Positions 15,889 to 25,320 of a stretch of DNA of 26,169 bases are shown piece by piece. Source of the stretch: a virus (taxonomy: Duplodnaviria; Caudoviricetes); IMG/VR virus record IMGVR_UViG_3300021982_000385, positions 1 through 26,169 of that record, one strand, 5' to 3'. The notes under the pieces are model-generated. The model saw nothing but the letters and a program-made list of their open reading frames with translations. It had not been told where the DNA came from and did no database searches. The translations under genes were made by a program, and so were the position numbers. The stretch's first letter is position 1. Every line of letters begins with the position of its first letter.

Positions 15889-16505
15889 GGAAGACAATCG
15901 ACCTAACCGGTAATCATTACGGAAAGCTGACTGTGCTGTCCTACACCAACAAGGATAATTCAGGCGTTTCTATGTGGCTGTGTAGTTGTGAATGCGGAAC
16001 CGAAAAAGTTATTAGGTCAAATGCACTCCGCTCTGGCAGGACACAATCTTGCGGGTGTATGTCTGGTGCAAAACACGGGCATCGCAGACCGTCAGAAACT
16101 TCCCCCACATATATAAGCTGGCTGTCAATGCAGCGGCGTTGCAATTATCCCGGCGATGCGTATTACGGAGATTATGGTGGTCGTGGAATTTCAGTCTGCG
16201 AGCGCTGGGGTAATTTTGAATCTTTCCTGAAAGACATGGGTGAGCGTCCGGCAGGTCACACGCTTGATCGAATTGATGTAGATAAGGCGTACTCACCAGA
16301 AAATTGCCGATGGGCTATACCCAAAGACCAGGCAAGAAACCGACGAAGTAACCATATGCTCGATACACCAGCTGGTCGAATGTGCATTACCAAAGCAGCC
16401 GAAACCTATGGTGTAAAAGTAAAGACAATCGCGCACCGATTGAGCAGGGGATGGAGTGTTGAAAAGGCGCTGCTAACTCAACCATGGCAGGGCAACAATG
16501 AATAA
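15885..16505 (+). mobile_element. Free-standing HNH-type homing endonuclease gene
   Basis: DLTG..YGKLTV, WLC.CECG, SCGC, YGGRGISVCERW, TLDRID...NCRWA...Q..N. Confidence 0.85.
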
Positions 16506-16731
16506 ATATTTCATGTTTATCTCTATGCTTTCCGTGTCAGCATTGGCTGCTGGCTGTGTTGGTGGTCCTCCAAAGCCCAGCTATGTTTTCGTCCACGATT
16601 CCTGTGACTGGGTAAAGCCAATCTACCTGACTGATCACGACATCGACGTTATGGACCGCCAGACGAAGAAAGACATCCTGACGCATAACAGATCTTGGCA
16701 GGTCAATTGCAAGAAAAAGATTCTTAATTGA
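16498..16731 (+). CDS. Outer-membrane spanin lipoprotein (Rz1-like)
   Basis: Signal peptide with LAAGC lipobox; CDWVKPIYLT...DIL.HN..W..NC. Confidence 0.8.
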   Translation: MNKYFMFISMLSVSALAAGCVGGPPKPSYVFVHDSCDWVKPIYLTDHDIDVMDRQTKKDILTHNRSWQVNCKKKILN

Positions 16732-16808
16732 ACATTTATTTGACAATCGCAATGATTAAGCCCGACTATAATCTTAAAAATAATCGGGCTCTGAAAGGTT
16801 ACTTTATG

Positions 16809-17360
16809 TCAACAATTAATCCACCAGGTAGCATTGGGTTCAACGATGCTAGCCTCCTGAATACCTTCAATAAGGCCGAGAGTTGCAGCTCTCTCAGGAT
16901 TAAGAATGGAAGAAGTTCTGATCAGCTCACGCCAGTCAGTGAATTGTCCAGCGGAAACAGTTTCCTCGTTAAAGATAGAAATGAGGCGGTCAAGGTCGTG
17001 ATCTAAACTAGATACCCATTCGCGCATTCGTTCGTGATCGACACTTTGCATTCCGCCGAAGTTCCACTGAAAGGGATGCAACAAAAATCTTGCTCCATGA
17101 TTAGCAAAGCGCTTTATACCAGCGAGGAAAATCGCATTAGCAATTGAATCTATATTGCTAATGTTGAAGCAATAAACTGGAATTGGAAGTGTTTTGATGA
17201 AATTGTAAGCGGTAAAGCCGGATGTTACGTCGCCGCCAGAGCTCGAAATGTGTAGGTTGATTCGGGTTGCCCCTTGAGCTATTGCTGACAAAATGTTGTT
17301 TTGAAGCAAGCTTACTGTGCTTGGATTGACTGGGCATAAAAAATGAACAGTATGAATCAT
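16809..17360 (-). CDS. Stand-alone ClpP-family serine protease (moron)
   Basis: HISSSGGDV..G...YN, IDSIA (Ser), FLAG..R, FLLHP (His); opposite strand, AT-rich. Confidence 0.85.
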   Translation of the reverse strand: MIHTVHFLCPVNPSTVSLLQNNILSAIAQGATRINLHISSSGGDVTSGFTAYNFIKTLPIPVYCFNISNIDSIANAIFLAGIKRFANHGARFLLHPFQWNFGGMQSVDHERMREWVSSLDHDLDRLISIFNEETVSAGQFTDWRELIRTSSILNPERAATLGLIEGIQEASIVEPNATWWINC

Positions 17361-17448
17361 AGAATTTTCCAGAGGTTATCCCGGATTGGGCAAATCTGTT
17401 ATTGGTGCGAAAATTCCTAATTCAACATGAAATATTTTCAAGAAGCAT

Positions 17449-17474
17449 AAGCCGCCTCAGGGCGGTTTTTTATT
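17449..17474 (+). terminator. Rho-independent terminator
   Basis: AAGCCGCC-TCAG-GGCGGTTT-TTTATT. Confidence 0.8.
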
Positions 17475-17501
17475 GCCGGGAGAAAGCCAATGAACCAATA
17501 A

Positions 17502-17706
17502 AGCGGATAGGCCGAAAGGTAATGCAGCAGTCATGATGCTGCCCCGAGTCGCGTAATGGCGAGCAGGTATAGCAGACCGTTGTGAGGGTAAGTAAGGGAA
17601 CATGCTCCGGTAAAGCAGTGCGAACGCCAGACGCGCACCGGTTATAAGCGGCGATGAAGCGACAGCAACTCAATGGCATGAGCGAGCCCACTGCGAGAGT
17701 GTGGTC
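17502..17706 (+). ncRNA. Candidate ~200-nt structured RNA
   Basis: GC-rich island of nested helices between AT-rich morons. Confidence 0.45.
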
Positions 17707-17770
17707 TTCATTAGCTGTATCTGCGTAAAAATGCTAAATTGACCCCACGAAATGTCGCTGGGGAATGGCT

Positions 17771-18637
17771 ATGAAAAGAGGTGTTGTTTTCACGGTACGC
17801 GAGCTTCTGAAAGTTAATGGTGGAAAAGGATTCACTACGGGTAGAGGTATTTCTACAGAAGAACTTAATTATTTGATGTTGTACTGGGATAAACTTGTTT
17901 CTCCAACTAATAATTTTATCCATATTAGTTTAGCAAATGAAGAGGAACTGGAAAATTGTGGAGTCCTTTACCGACCAAGGTTTACCCAACAAGGGGGTAT
18001 GGATGGTGCTAGGATGACAGAATTTCATGCTTTTACCCATGTAGAAGCTTTAAATATGATGAGAAAAAATGAGCGCGAAGTTGATTGGCGTATGCATTTT
18101 TTTAATAATGAAGTTTCAATTCATCAGGAAGCTGCACAACAAAAAGAAGTTGTGAGATTCGAGTTAGCTGAACTTTTACCAGTTCCACCAAAAGATACAC
18201 CTCTACAAGAGATACTAGAATTTAAAGAAAGGCGTAGCGACGAACTTCAAGCACTACATGGTTATCTTGATGAGCTTTATTTTGAAGTGTTAAATTCTGG
18301 CGACTTTAATTTACAAAGAGCCAAAGCTCTTTCAGGCCTGAGGGCATCTCTTGACGATCTTAATAAGTTAAACGGACAAGGTTGGAGAAGTCCGATAAAA
18401 TTTAATCTTTCTACTGCTTTTGAATTTGATTTGAATCAGATAGTGAATGGAGGTTTAAAGGCTCTTGAAGCCTTAAGTTCACAAAAGCCGCTTGAAATAA
18501 TTGGTATTGAGTCGGTTGTCAACTTGTTAGGTGGCTTTATAAAAATTAGGCCTCAACTTCAAAATGTTCTTAAAGACGGCGATCCTAAATTGGCATATCT
18601 CACTAACGCTACCAGAGAAGGCATACTTGAGAAGTAA
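17771..18637 (+). CDS. DUF6236-like protein (moron, candidate defence gene)
   Basis: AT-rich; LYWDKL and LPVP...PL.EILEFKERR.DEL motifs recalled for DUF6236. Confidence 0.6.
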   Translation: MKRGVVFTVRELLKVNGGKGFTTGRGISTEELNYLMLYWDKLVSPTNNFIHISLANEEELENCGVLYRPRFTQQGGMDGARMTEFHAFTHVEALNMMRKNEREVDWRMHFFNNEVSIHQEAAQQKEVVRFELAELLPVPPKDTPLQEILEFKERRSDELQALHGYLDELYFEVLNSGDFNLQRAKALSGLRASLDDLNKLNGQGWRSPIKFNLSTAFEFDLNQIVNGGLKALEALSSQKPLEIIGIESVVNLLGGFIKIRPQLQNVLKDGDPKLAYLTNATREGILEK

Positions 18638-18683
18638 AAAACTAGGTGAAAATTAACATTTAGGATTAGCCTTGCTTATTAGC

Positions 18684-18717
18684 AAAAAAGCCATAATTGA
18701 ATTGTTATGGCTTTTTT
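18684..18717. terminator. Bidirectional terminator
   Basis: AAAAAAGCCATAA-N8-TTATGGCTTTTTT. Confidence 0.85.
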
Positions 18718-18757
18718 ATTGCGCATCGCAATATGGTCAGCGCTTACGAGAAGCAAT

Positions 18758-18773
18758 AGACGTTTAGACGTCT
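18758..18773. promoter_or_regulatory. Tandem Met boxes (MetJ operator-like)
   Basis: AGACGTTT-AGACGTCT (7/8 and 8/8 matches to AGACGTCT). Confidence 0.6.
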
Positions 18774-18800
18774 AAAGAAATGCCTTCTCATAGGTGCAGG

Positions 18801-18815
18801 TGATAATCATTATCA
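18801..18815. promoter_or_regulatory. Fur box (7-1-7)
   Basis: TGATAAT-C-ATTATCA. Confidence 0.65.
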
Positions 18816-18821
18816 TTTGAT

Positions 18822-18862
18822 GGGTCCTCCCGGTGGGGTGGCCTGCCACGGGGCGGCTGGCG
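18822..18862 (+). other. cos site: cosQ (GGGTCCT 18822-18828) and cosN (GGGCGGCTGGCG 18851-18862)
   Basis: Context ACG-GGGCGGCTGGCG-CGCGG parallels lambda ACG-GGGCGGCGACCT-CGCGG; upstream of terS. Confidence 0.8.
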
Positions 18863-18979
18863 CGCGGAAAACGGCTAGTTTTTGCGATCTAGGGTCATCA
18901 TCATCATTTATGCAGGTCTTTGATTTGATTAAAGGCCGTTTTCGCAAGATGTCGAATCGTTTAAAAAGTGTTCACCATC

Positions 18980-19468
18980 ATGGACCAGGAAATCGCCGCA
19001 TTAAAACTGAATATCAACCAGCTTGCCGGGATAACCGGCGTACACCGTCAGACGGTTGCCGCGAGGTTGAAAAATGTCGAACCTGCGCCAGGCAGCAACA
19101 GCAAATTAAAGCTCTATCTGGTTACAGACATTCTGACTGAACTGATGATCCCCACCGTATCGACGAATATCGACGATATGGATCCATCCGACAGGCTCGC
19201 TCACTGGAAAGCAGAGAACGAGAGGCTGAAGTTTGAACAGGATACGGGGCAGTTAATACCTGCTGATGAAGTGGCGCGTGAATTCTCATTGATGGCGAAA
19301 GCCGTCGTCATGGTACTTGAAACTCTCCCTGACATACTCGAACGCGACTGCGCATTAACGCCGACTGCGGTTTCCCGCGTACAAAACGTTATCGATGACC
19401 TGCGCGACCAGATGGCGGAGAGGGTGAAGGACGCTGAAACAGAGGAGGAAGAGCCAGAGGAGGACTGA
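18980..19468 (+). CDS. Terminase small subunit (Nu1/DUF1441-like)
   Basis: LNINQLA..TGVHRQTVAARL HTH; position after cos. Confidence 0.9.
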   Translation: MDQEIAALKLNINQLAGITGVHRQTVAARLKNVEPAPGSNSKLKLYLVTDILTELMIPTVSTNIDDMDPSDRLAHWKAENERLKFEQDTGQLIPADEVAREFSLMAKAVVMVLETLPDILERDCALTPTAVSRVQNVIDDLRDQMAERVKDAETEEEEPEED

Positions 19469-21570
19469 TGGCAAAGCGGGCATCCGCCAGGGGCATCCGC
19501 CGCGATGTTTCCGGTATTTTACGTGCCCCGCGTCGTATGCCGGTGGCCGATGCGGTCGGTACATATATGCGCGTGCCGATGGGGGCAGGAAACTCCGTTC
19601 CATGGGATCCGGATCTTGCTCCTTATGTGATAGAGCCGATGAATTGCCTGGCCTCGCGTGAATACGATGCGGTTGTGTTTGTTGGCCCGGCGCGAACGGG
19701 TAAAACCATCGGGCTGATTGACGGCTGGATTGTCTATAACATCGTCTGCGATCCGGCAGATATGCTCGTCATTCAGGTATCAGAGGAAAAGGCCCGCGAG
19801 CATTCAAAAAAACGTCTGGACCGTACTTTTCGCTGCAGCCCTGAAGTTAAAAACCGGTTAAGTCCGAGGCGTAACGATAATAACGTCTACGATCGTACAT
19901 TTCGCGCCGGTAACTATCTGAAGCTCGGCTGGCCATCCGTCAATATCATGTCGTCCTCTGACTATAAAAGTGTGGCGCTGACGGATTACGACCGTTTTCC
20001 TGAAGATATCGACGGGGAGGGCGACGCTTTTTCACTGGCGTCGAAACGTACCACGACATTTATGTCCTCCGGGATGACTCTGGTTGAGAGTTCACCCGGC
20101 AGGGATATCAGAGACACAAAATGGCGGCGAACCACGCCTCATGAAGCCCCTCCAACTACCGGAATTTTATCACTCTATAACCGTGGCGACCGCCGCCGCC
20201 TTTACTGGCCATGCCCGCATTGTGGGGAGTATTTCCAGCCGGAAATGGACAATATGACCGGGTACCGCGACAGCAGCGATCCCGTGCTGGCCAGTGAAGC
20301 TGCGTTTCTACAGTGCCCGGCCTGTAAAGGCAGGATCACACCGGACATGAAGCGTGCGCTGAACATGAAATGTGTCTGGCTAAGGGATGGGCAGAGTATC
20401 GACCGTAACGGTCAGGTAAGTGGTGATGGCCGTCGTTCCCGTATTGCCTCCTTCTGGATGGAAGGTCCGGCAGCTGCATACCAGACCTGGGCGCAGCTTA
20501 TTTATAAGTACCTGACTGCCGAGCAGGAATACGAATCCACGCGCAGCGAAGAAACCCTGAAAACGGTGATCAACACCGATTTCGGCAGACCCTATCTGCC
20601 GCGGGCAAGCCTGGAGCAGCGTAAAAGTGAATTGCTCGAGCAGCGTGCCGAGGATGTTCCAAAACGTTCGGTACCGGACGGCGTACAGTTTCTCACCGCG
20701 ACCGTGGACGTGCAGGCCGGGCGCGACCGGCGATTTGTAGTGCAGGTTACGGGTTACGGAAGTATGGGTGAGCGCTGGATAGTTGACCGTTACAACATAC
20801 GGTATTCGCTGCGCTGTGACGGCAACGGGGAAAGCATACAGGTTGATCCGGCAAGCTATCCGGAGGACTGGGATCTTTTGCTCACTGACGTCTTTGAGAA
20901 AACGTGGCCTCTGGCATCTGACCCGTCAAAGGGCATGCGGCTGATGTCGATGGCCGTGGACTCCGGGGGCGAGGACGGTGTGACGGATAATGCCTACAAG
21001 TTCTGGCGCAGATGCCGCCGGGAGGGGCTGGGTAAGCGTATCTATCTCTTCAAAGGTGACAGTGTTCGTCGCAGCAAACTTATCCAGCGAACGTTTCCCG
21101 ACAACACCGGCAGATCAACACGCCGCGCACAGGCGACCGGGGATGTGCCTCTTTATCTTCTCCAGACCGATGCCCTTAAAGACCGGGTGAACAATGCGCT
21201 GTGGCGTGATTCACCCGGCCCTGGCTATGTGCATTTCCCCGCCTGGCTGGGCAGCTGGTTCTATGACGAACTGACATATGAGGAACGCTCGAATGAAGGG
21301 AAGTGGAGTAAGCCCGGCCGTGGCGCAAACGAAGCATTTGACCTGCTCGTTTATGCAGATGCGCTCGCCATCCTTAGTGGATACGAAAAAATTAAATGGC
21401 CGTCAGCTCCTGAGTGGGCACGGCGGGAAACGTGGATCGAGGACACGCAGACGGAAACTGGCGAAGTGCCATCCCCGTCGCCTGCGCCGAAATCTAAATC
21501 AAAACCAAAACGTGAGAAGCCCGTAACTGAACAGGCTAATCCGTGGTCTTCGTCAGGAGGTTGGGTGTGA
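19468..21570 (+). CDS. Terminase large subunit (GpA family)
   Basis: GPARTGKT, LTDYDR, CPHCG, VDVQ, NEAFD. Confidence 0.95.
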   Translation: MAKRASARGIRRDVSGILRAPRRMPVADAVGTYMRVPMGAGNSVPWDPDLAPYVIEPMNCLASREYDAVVFVGPARTGKTIGLIDGWIVYNIVCDPADMLVIQVSEEKAREHSKKRLDRTFRCSPEVKNRLSPRRNDNNVYDRTFRAGNYLKLGWPSVNIMSSSDYKSVALTDYDRFPEDIDGEGDAFSLASKRTTTFMSSGMTLVESSPGRDIRDTKWRRTTPHEAPPTTGILSLYNRGDRRRLYWPCPHCGEYFQPEMDNMTGYRDSSDPVLASEAAFLQCPACKGRITPDMKRALNMKCVWLRDGQSIDRNGQVSGDGRRSRIASFWMEGPAAAYQTWAQLIYKYLTAEQEYESTRSEETLKTVINTDFGRPYLPRASLEQRKSELLEQRAEDVPKRSVPDGVQFLTATVDVQAGRDRRFVVQVTGYGSMGERWIVDRYNIRYSLRCDGNGESIQVDPASYPEDWDLLLTDVFEKTWPLASDPSKGMRLMSMAVDSGGEDGVTDNAYKFWRRCRREGLGKRIYLFKGDSVRRSKLIQRTFPDNTGRSTRRAQATGDVPLYLLQTDALKDRVNNALWRDSPGPGYVHFPAWLGSWFYDELTYEERSNEGKWSKPGRGANEAFDLLVYADALAILSGYEKIKWPSAPEWARRETWIEDTQTETGEVPSPSPAPKSKSKPKREKPVTEQANPWSSSGGWV

Positions 21571-21782
21571 GTCCAGCTGATATTCAAAACATGATCGACC
21601 GCTACGCTGCTGCAGAGCTGTCTGTTCTGGAAGGGAAATCAATCACTTTCAACGGGCAGCAGATGACGCTCGAAAACCTGTCGGAAATCAGAAAAGGCCG
21701 TCAGGAATGGGAGCGACGACTGGCAACGCTCAATAACAAACGCCGCGGGCGACCCGGCTACAGGCTGGCGAGGTTTGGATGA
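21567..21782 (+). CDS. gpW-like head completion protein
   Basis: GTGA overlap with terL; AE..VL.GKSITFNG...ENL.EI; between terL and portal. Confidence 0.8.
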   Translation: MSPADIQNMIDRYAAAELSVLEGKSITFNGQQMTLENLSEIRKGRQEWERRLATLNNKRRGRPGYRLARFG

Positions 21783-23278
21783 GTTTTTTAGATGATGCGA
21801 TTGGCCTGTTTTCACCAGGCTGGAAAGCCTCACGCCTGCGTGCCCGTGCGGTTATTAAGGCGTATGAGGCGGTAAAGCAAACGCGTACCCACAAAGCCCA
21901 GAAGGAAAATCGCTCAGCCGATCAGCTCAGCCAGATGGGGGCGGTTTCACTGAGGCAGCAGGCGCGCTGGCTGGACAACAACCACGATCTGGTAATCGGC
22001 GTTTTCGACAAGCTGGAAGAAAGGGTGGTGGGTGCGAAGGGCATCATAGTTGAACCGCATCCGATGCTGAGTAACGGGAAGATCGCTAAAAAGCTTGCCA
22101 CTGATATCCGCAGAAAGTGGGGCGAATGGTCCGTAAGACCCGATGTCACAACCCAGTTTACCCGACCCATGCTTGAGCGGCTGATGCTGCGAACGTGGCT
22201 CCGGGACGGCGAGGTTTTTGCTCAGCTGGTTAGCGGTACCGGAAATGGGCTTCAGCCGGTCGCTGGTGTGCCGTTCTGGCTGGAAGCGCTGGAGCCTGAT
22301 TTCGTGCCGATGAACAGTGATGCAGCCACCCAGCTTAATCAGGGCGTTTTTGTCGATAACTGGGGACGGCCCAAAAAATATCAGGTCTATAAAAGTCTGC
22401 CGGTGTCCGGGCGACAGTTCGATACGAAAGAGATAGATGCTGAGAACATGCTTCATCTCAAATTCACCCGCCGCCTGCACCAGACCCGCGGAACGTCTCT
22501 TTTGTCTGGTGTCCTGATGCGTCTGAGCGCGCTGAAAGAGTACGAGGACTCGGAGCTTACTGCAGCAAGAATTGCTGCGGCGCTCGGCATGTATATCAAA
22601 AAAGGCGACGGACAGAGTTTCGATTCAGATCCCAGCAGCGATGACCGCGAGCTGATGATTCAGCCAGGGATGCTGTATGACGAACTGCAGGCCGGGGAAG
22701 AAATCGGGATGATTAAATCCGATCGCCCGAACCCTAACCTCGAATCGTTTCGTAATGGGCAGCTGCGGGCGGTATCTGCGGGCAGTCGCCTCAGTTTTTC
22801 CAGTACATCCAGAAACTACAACGGCACATACAGTGCCCAGCGGCAGGAGCTTGTCGAGTCAACAGACGGATATCTGATTCTGCAGGACTGGTTCATCGGT
22901 TCAGTGACCCGGCCAATGTACCGGGCCTGGCTGAAGATGGCTATTGCTGCCGGAGAAATCAATCTGCCGAGAGGCATCGATATGGACACGCTGTATAACG
23001 CGGTTTATTCGGGACCCGTTATGCCGTGGATTGATCCCGTTAAAGAAGCCAATGCCTGGAAAACGCAAATCCGCGGCGGTGCGGCCACCGAGTCCGACTG
23101 GATCCGTGCCAGCGGTCGCAACCCGGATGATGTCAAGTCACGCCGTAAAGCGGAGGTTGACGAGAACCGTGAACAGGGCCTGGTGTTTGACACCGACCCC
23201 GCCAATGATAAAGGAGGCACCAGTGCCGAAGCCAAAGAACCGGGCGCGCCACCGTCCGAAAGCCAGCGCAAAAAGTAA
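21779..23278 (+). CDS. Lambda-family portal protein
   Basis: RDGEVF, QTRG.S, YSAQRQ.L.E, WIDP.KE. Confidence 0.95.
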   Translation: MSFLDDAIGLFSPGWKASRLRARAVIKAYEAVKQTRTHKAQKENRSADQLSQMGAVSLRQQARWLDNNHDLVIGVFDKLEERVVGAKGIIVEPHPMLSNGKIAKKLATDIRRKWGEWSVRPDVTTQFTRPMLERLMLRTWLRDGEVFAQLVSGTGNGLQPVAGVPFWLEALEPDFVPMNSDAATQLNQGVFVDNWGRPKKYQVYKSLPVSGRQFDTKEIDAENMLHLKFTRRLHQTRGTSLLSGVLMRLSALKEYEDSELTAARIAAALGMYIKKGDGQSFDSDPSSDDRELMIQPGMLYDELQAGEEIGMIKSDRPNPNLESFRNGQLRAVSAGSRLSFSSTSRNYNGTYSAQRQELVESTDGYLILQDWFIGSVTRPMYRAWLKMAIAAGEINLPRGIDMDTLYNAVYSGPVMPWIDPVKEANAWKTQIRGGAATESDWIRASGRNPDDVKSRRKAEVDENREQGLVFDTDPANDKGGTSAEAKEPGAPPSESQRKK

Positions 23279-25238
23279 TTCGTGGTTCCGCATGCAGGCC
23301 AGCAATAACAGCGAGGCCGACATTTTTATTTATGACGAAATCGGGTACTGGGGCGTAACGGCGAAACAGTTCGTCAATGATCTCCGGGCGCTTGGTGACA
23401 TCACCCACATCAACCTTCACATCAACTCACCCGGTGGTGATGTCTTCGACGGTATTGCTATCTATAACGCGCTGAAGCACCACGGTGCGGCGATTACCGT
23501 TCATATCGACGGCCTGGCGGCCTCCATGGCCTCGGTGATCGCGATGGTAGGCAATCCGGTCATCATGCCTGAAAACACGATGATGATGATCCATAAGCCA
23601 TGGGGGTTTGCTGGTGGTGATGCGACCGATATGCGCGACTATGCGGATCTTCTCGACAAGGTTGAATCCGTTCTTATCCCGGCTTACGCGCAAAAAACCG
23701 GAAAATCCACCGAAGAAATTGCGGCAATGCTGGAAGACGAAACCTGGATGAGCGGCAGCGAGTGCCTTGAACTGGGTTTTGCCGACCAGGTGACTCCATC
23801 CCTGCAGGCTATGGCCTGTATCCATTCAAAACGTATTGAGGAATTTGAAAAAATGCCAAAAAGCATTCGCAACATGCTCACCCCGCCGCGCAATACTACC
23901 CAGCGTGACCCGGTTATTACCCAGCCTCAGGCACCGCAGGCAAAAACTGACCCGGCGCCGGATGAAAATGCGATCCGCGCGAAGGTGATGGCTGAGCAGA
24001 AAGCCCGTGTTAACGCCATCGGTGATCTCTTTGCCATGTTCGGTAATAAACACATGGAACTGCAAAATCAGTGCGTGGCCGACCCTGATTGTTCCGTTGA
24101 TAAGGCGAAAGATTTGCTGCTGGCAGAGCTCGGTAAAACGGCCACGCCATCCAACAAAACCACACAACAGCATATTTATGCGGGCAACGGTAATTTCGTT
24201 GCGGATGGTATTCGCCAGGCGCTGATGGCGCGTGCCGGTTTTGAAGGCCAGGAGCGGGATAACGTTTATAACGGTATGACGCTGCGCGAGTATGCGCGCA
24301 TGGCCCTGACAGAAAAAGGTATCGGTGTATCCAGCTACAATCCGATGCAGATGGTTGGCCTGGCGCTGACGCACAGCACCTCTGACTTTGGCAATATTCT
24401 GCTGGATGTGGCGAACAAAGCGCTGCTTCAGGGCTGGGAAGAATCCCAGGAAACCTTCGAACTGTGGACCAAAAAAGGCCAGCTGTCAGACTTCAAAACG
24501 GCGCATCGTGTCGGTATGGGTGGTTTCCCTTCTCTGAGACAGGTTCGCGAGGGGGCGGAGTACAAGTACGTCACTACCAGTGATAAAGGCGAAACCATCG
24601 CGCTTGCCACTTATGGTGAAATTTTCTCTGTTACCCGCCAGGCGATCATTAACGACGATCTGAACCAGCTCACCGACGTGCCGATGAAGATGGGGCGCGC
24701 GGCGAAAGCAACGATTGGCGATCTGGTTTACGCCATCCTGACCAAAAACCCGAAGCTCTCCGACGGCAAACCGCTGTTCCATGCCGATCACAAGAACCTG
24801 AGCGCGGGCGCAATTTCTGTGGCCAGCCTGGACGAAGCGCGCAAGCTGATGCGCCTGCAAAAGGAAGGTGAGCGTACCCTGAATATCCGCCCAGCCTACA
24901 TGCTGGTGCCTGTAGCTCTGGAAACCCTGGCGAATCAGACTATCAAGTCGGCCAGTGTTAAAGGTGCTGATATTAATGCCGGCATCGTTAACCCGATCCA
25001 AAACTTTGCAGAGGTCATCGCTGAACCGCGTCTGGATGAAGCGGATGCGAAAGCCTGGTATCTGGCCGCCGCGAAGGGCACCGACACCATCGAGGTCGCT
25101 TATCTCAACGGTGTCGATACGCCTTACATCGATCAGCAGGAAGGCTTCACCACTGATGGTATCGCCACGAAAGTGCGTATTGATGCCGGTGTGGCGGCGT
25201 TGGACCATCGCGGCATGACCAAATCCACTGGTCAGTAA
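23223..25238 (+). CDS. ClpP-like prohead protease / major capsid protein fusion
   Basis: AAGGAGG SD plus GTG at 23223; INSPGGDV, GLAASMAS, MIHKP; capsid HSTSDF and TRQAIINDD. Confidence 0.92.
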   Translation: MPKPKNRARHRPKASAKSNSWFRMQASNNSEADIFIYDEIGYWGVTAKQFVNDLRALGDITHINLHINSPGGDVFDGIAIYNALKHHGAAITVHIDGLAASMASVIAMVGNPVIMPENTMMMIHKPWGFAGGDATDMRDYADLLDKVESVLIPAYAQKTGKSTEEIAAMLEDETWMSGSECLELGFADQVTPSLQAMACIHSKRIEEFEKMPKSIRNMLTPPRNTTQRDPVITQPQAPQAKTDPAPDENAIRAKVMAEQKARVNAIGDLFAMFGNKHMELQNQCVADPDCSVDKAKDLLLAELGKTATPSNKTTQQHIYAGNGNFVADGIRQALMARAGFEGQERDNVYNGMTLREYARMALTEKGIGVSSYNPMQMVGLALTHSTSDFGNILLDVANKALLQGWEESQETFELWTKKGQLSDFKTAHRVGMGGFPSLRQVREGAEYKYVTTSDKGETIALATYGEIFSVTRQAIINDDLNQLTDVPMKMGRAAKATIGDLVYAILTKNPKLSDGKPLFHADHKNLSAGAISVASLDEARKLMRLQKEGERTLNIRPAYMLVPVALETLANQTIKSASVKGADINAGIVNPIQNFAEVIAEPRLDEADAKAWYLAAAKGTDTIEVAYLNGVDTPYIDQQEGFTTDGIATKVRIDAGVAALDHRGMTKSTGQ

Positions 25239-25260
25239 AAAACAGTCCTGACAAACAGAT

Positions 25261-25279
25261 GCCCGTAAGGGCTTTTTTT
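25261..25279 (+). terminator. Terminator after the capsid gene
   Basis: GCCC-GTAA-GGGC-TTTTTT. Confidence 0.75.
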
Positions 25280-25320
25280 ATACCTGAAACCAGCCCCACA
25301 TGGGGCTGAATGGAGAAGTT

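Noticed and set aside
15885-16505. Group I intron or intein around the HNH gene
   Set aside because: No room for intron core sequence, and the o-spanin has its own start and signal peptide
16728-17006. 92-aa plus-strand ORF
   Set aside because: TTG start and antisense to the ClpP-like gene
22944-23222. 764-aa extended start of the protease-capsid ORF
   Set aside because: Overlaps the portal by over 300 nt; the AAGGAGG SD supports GTG at 23223
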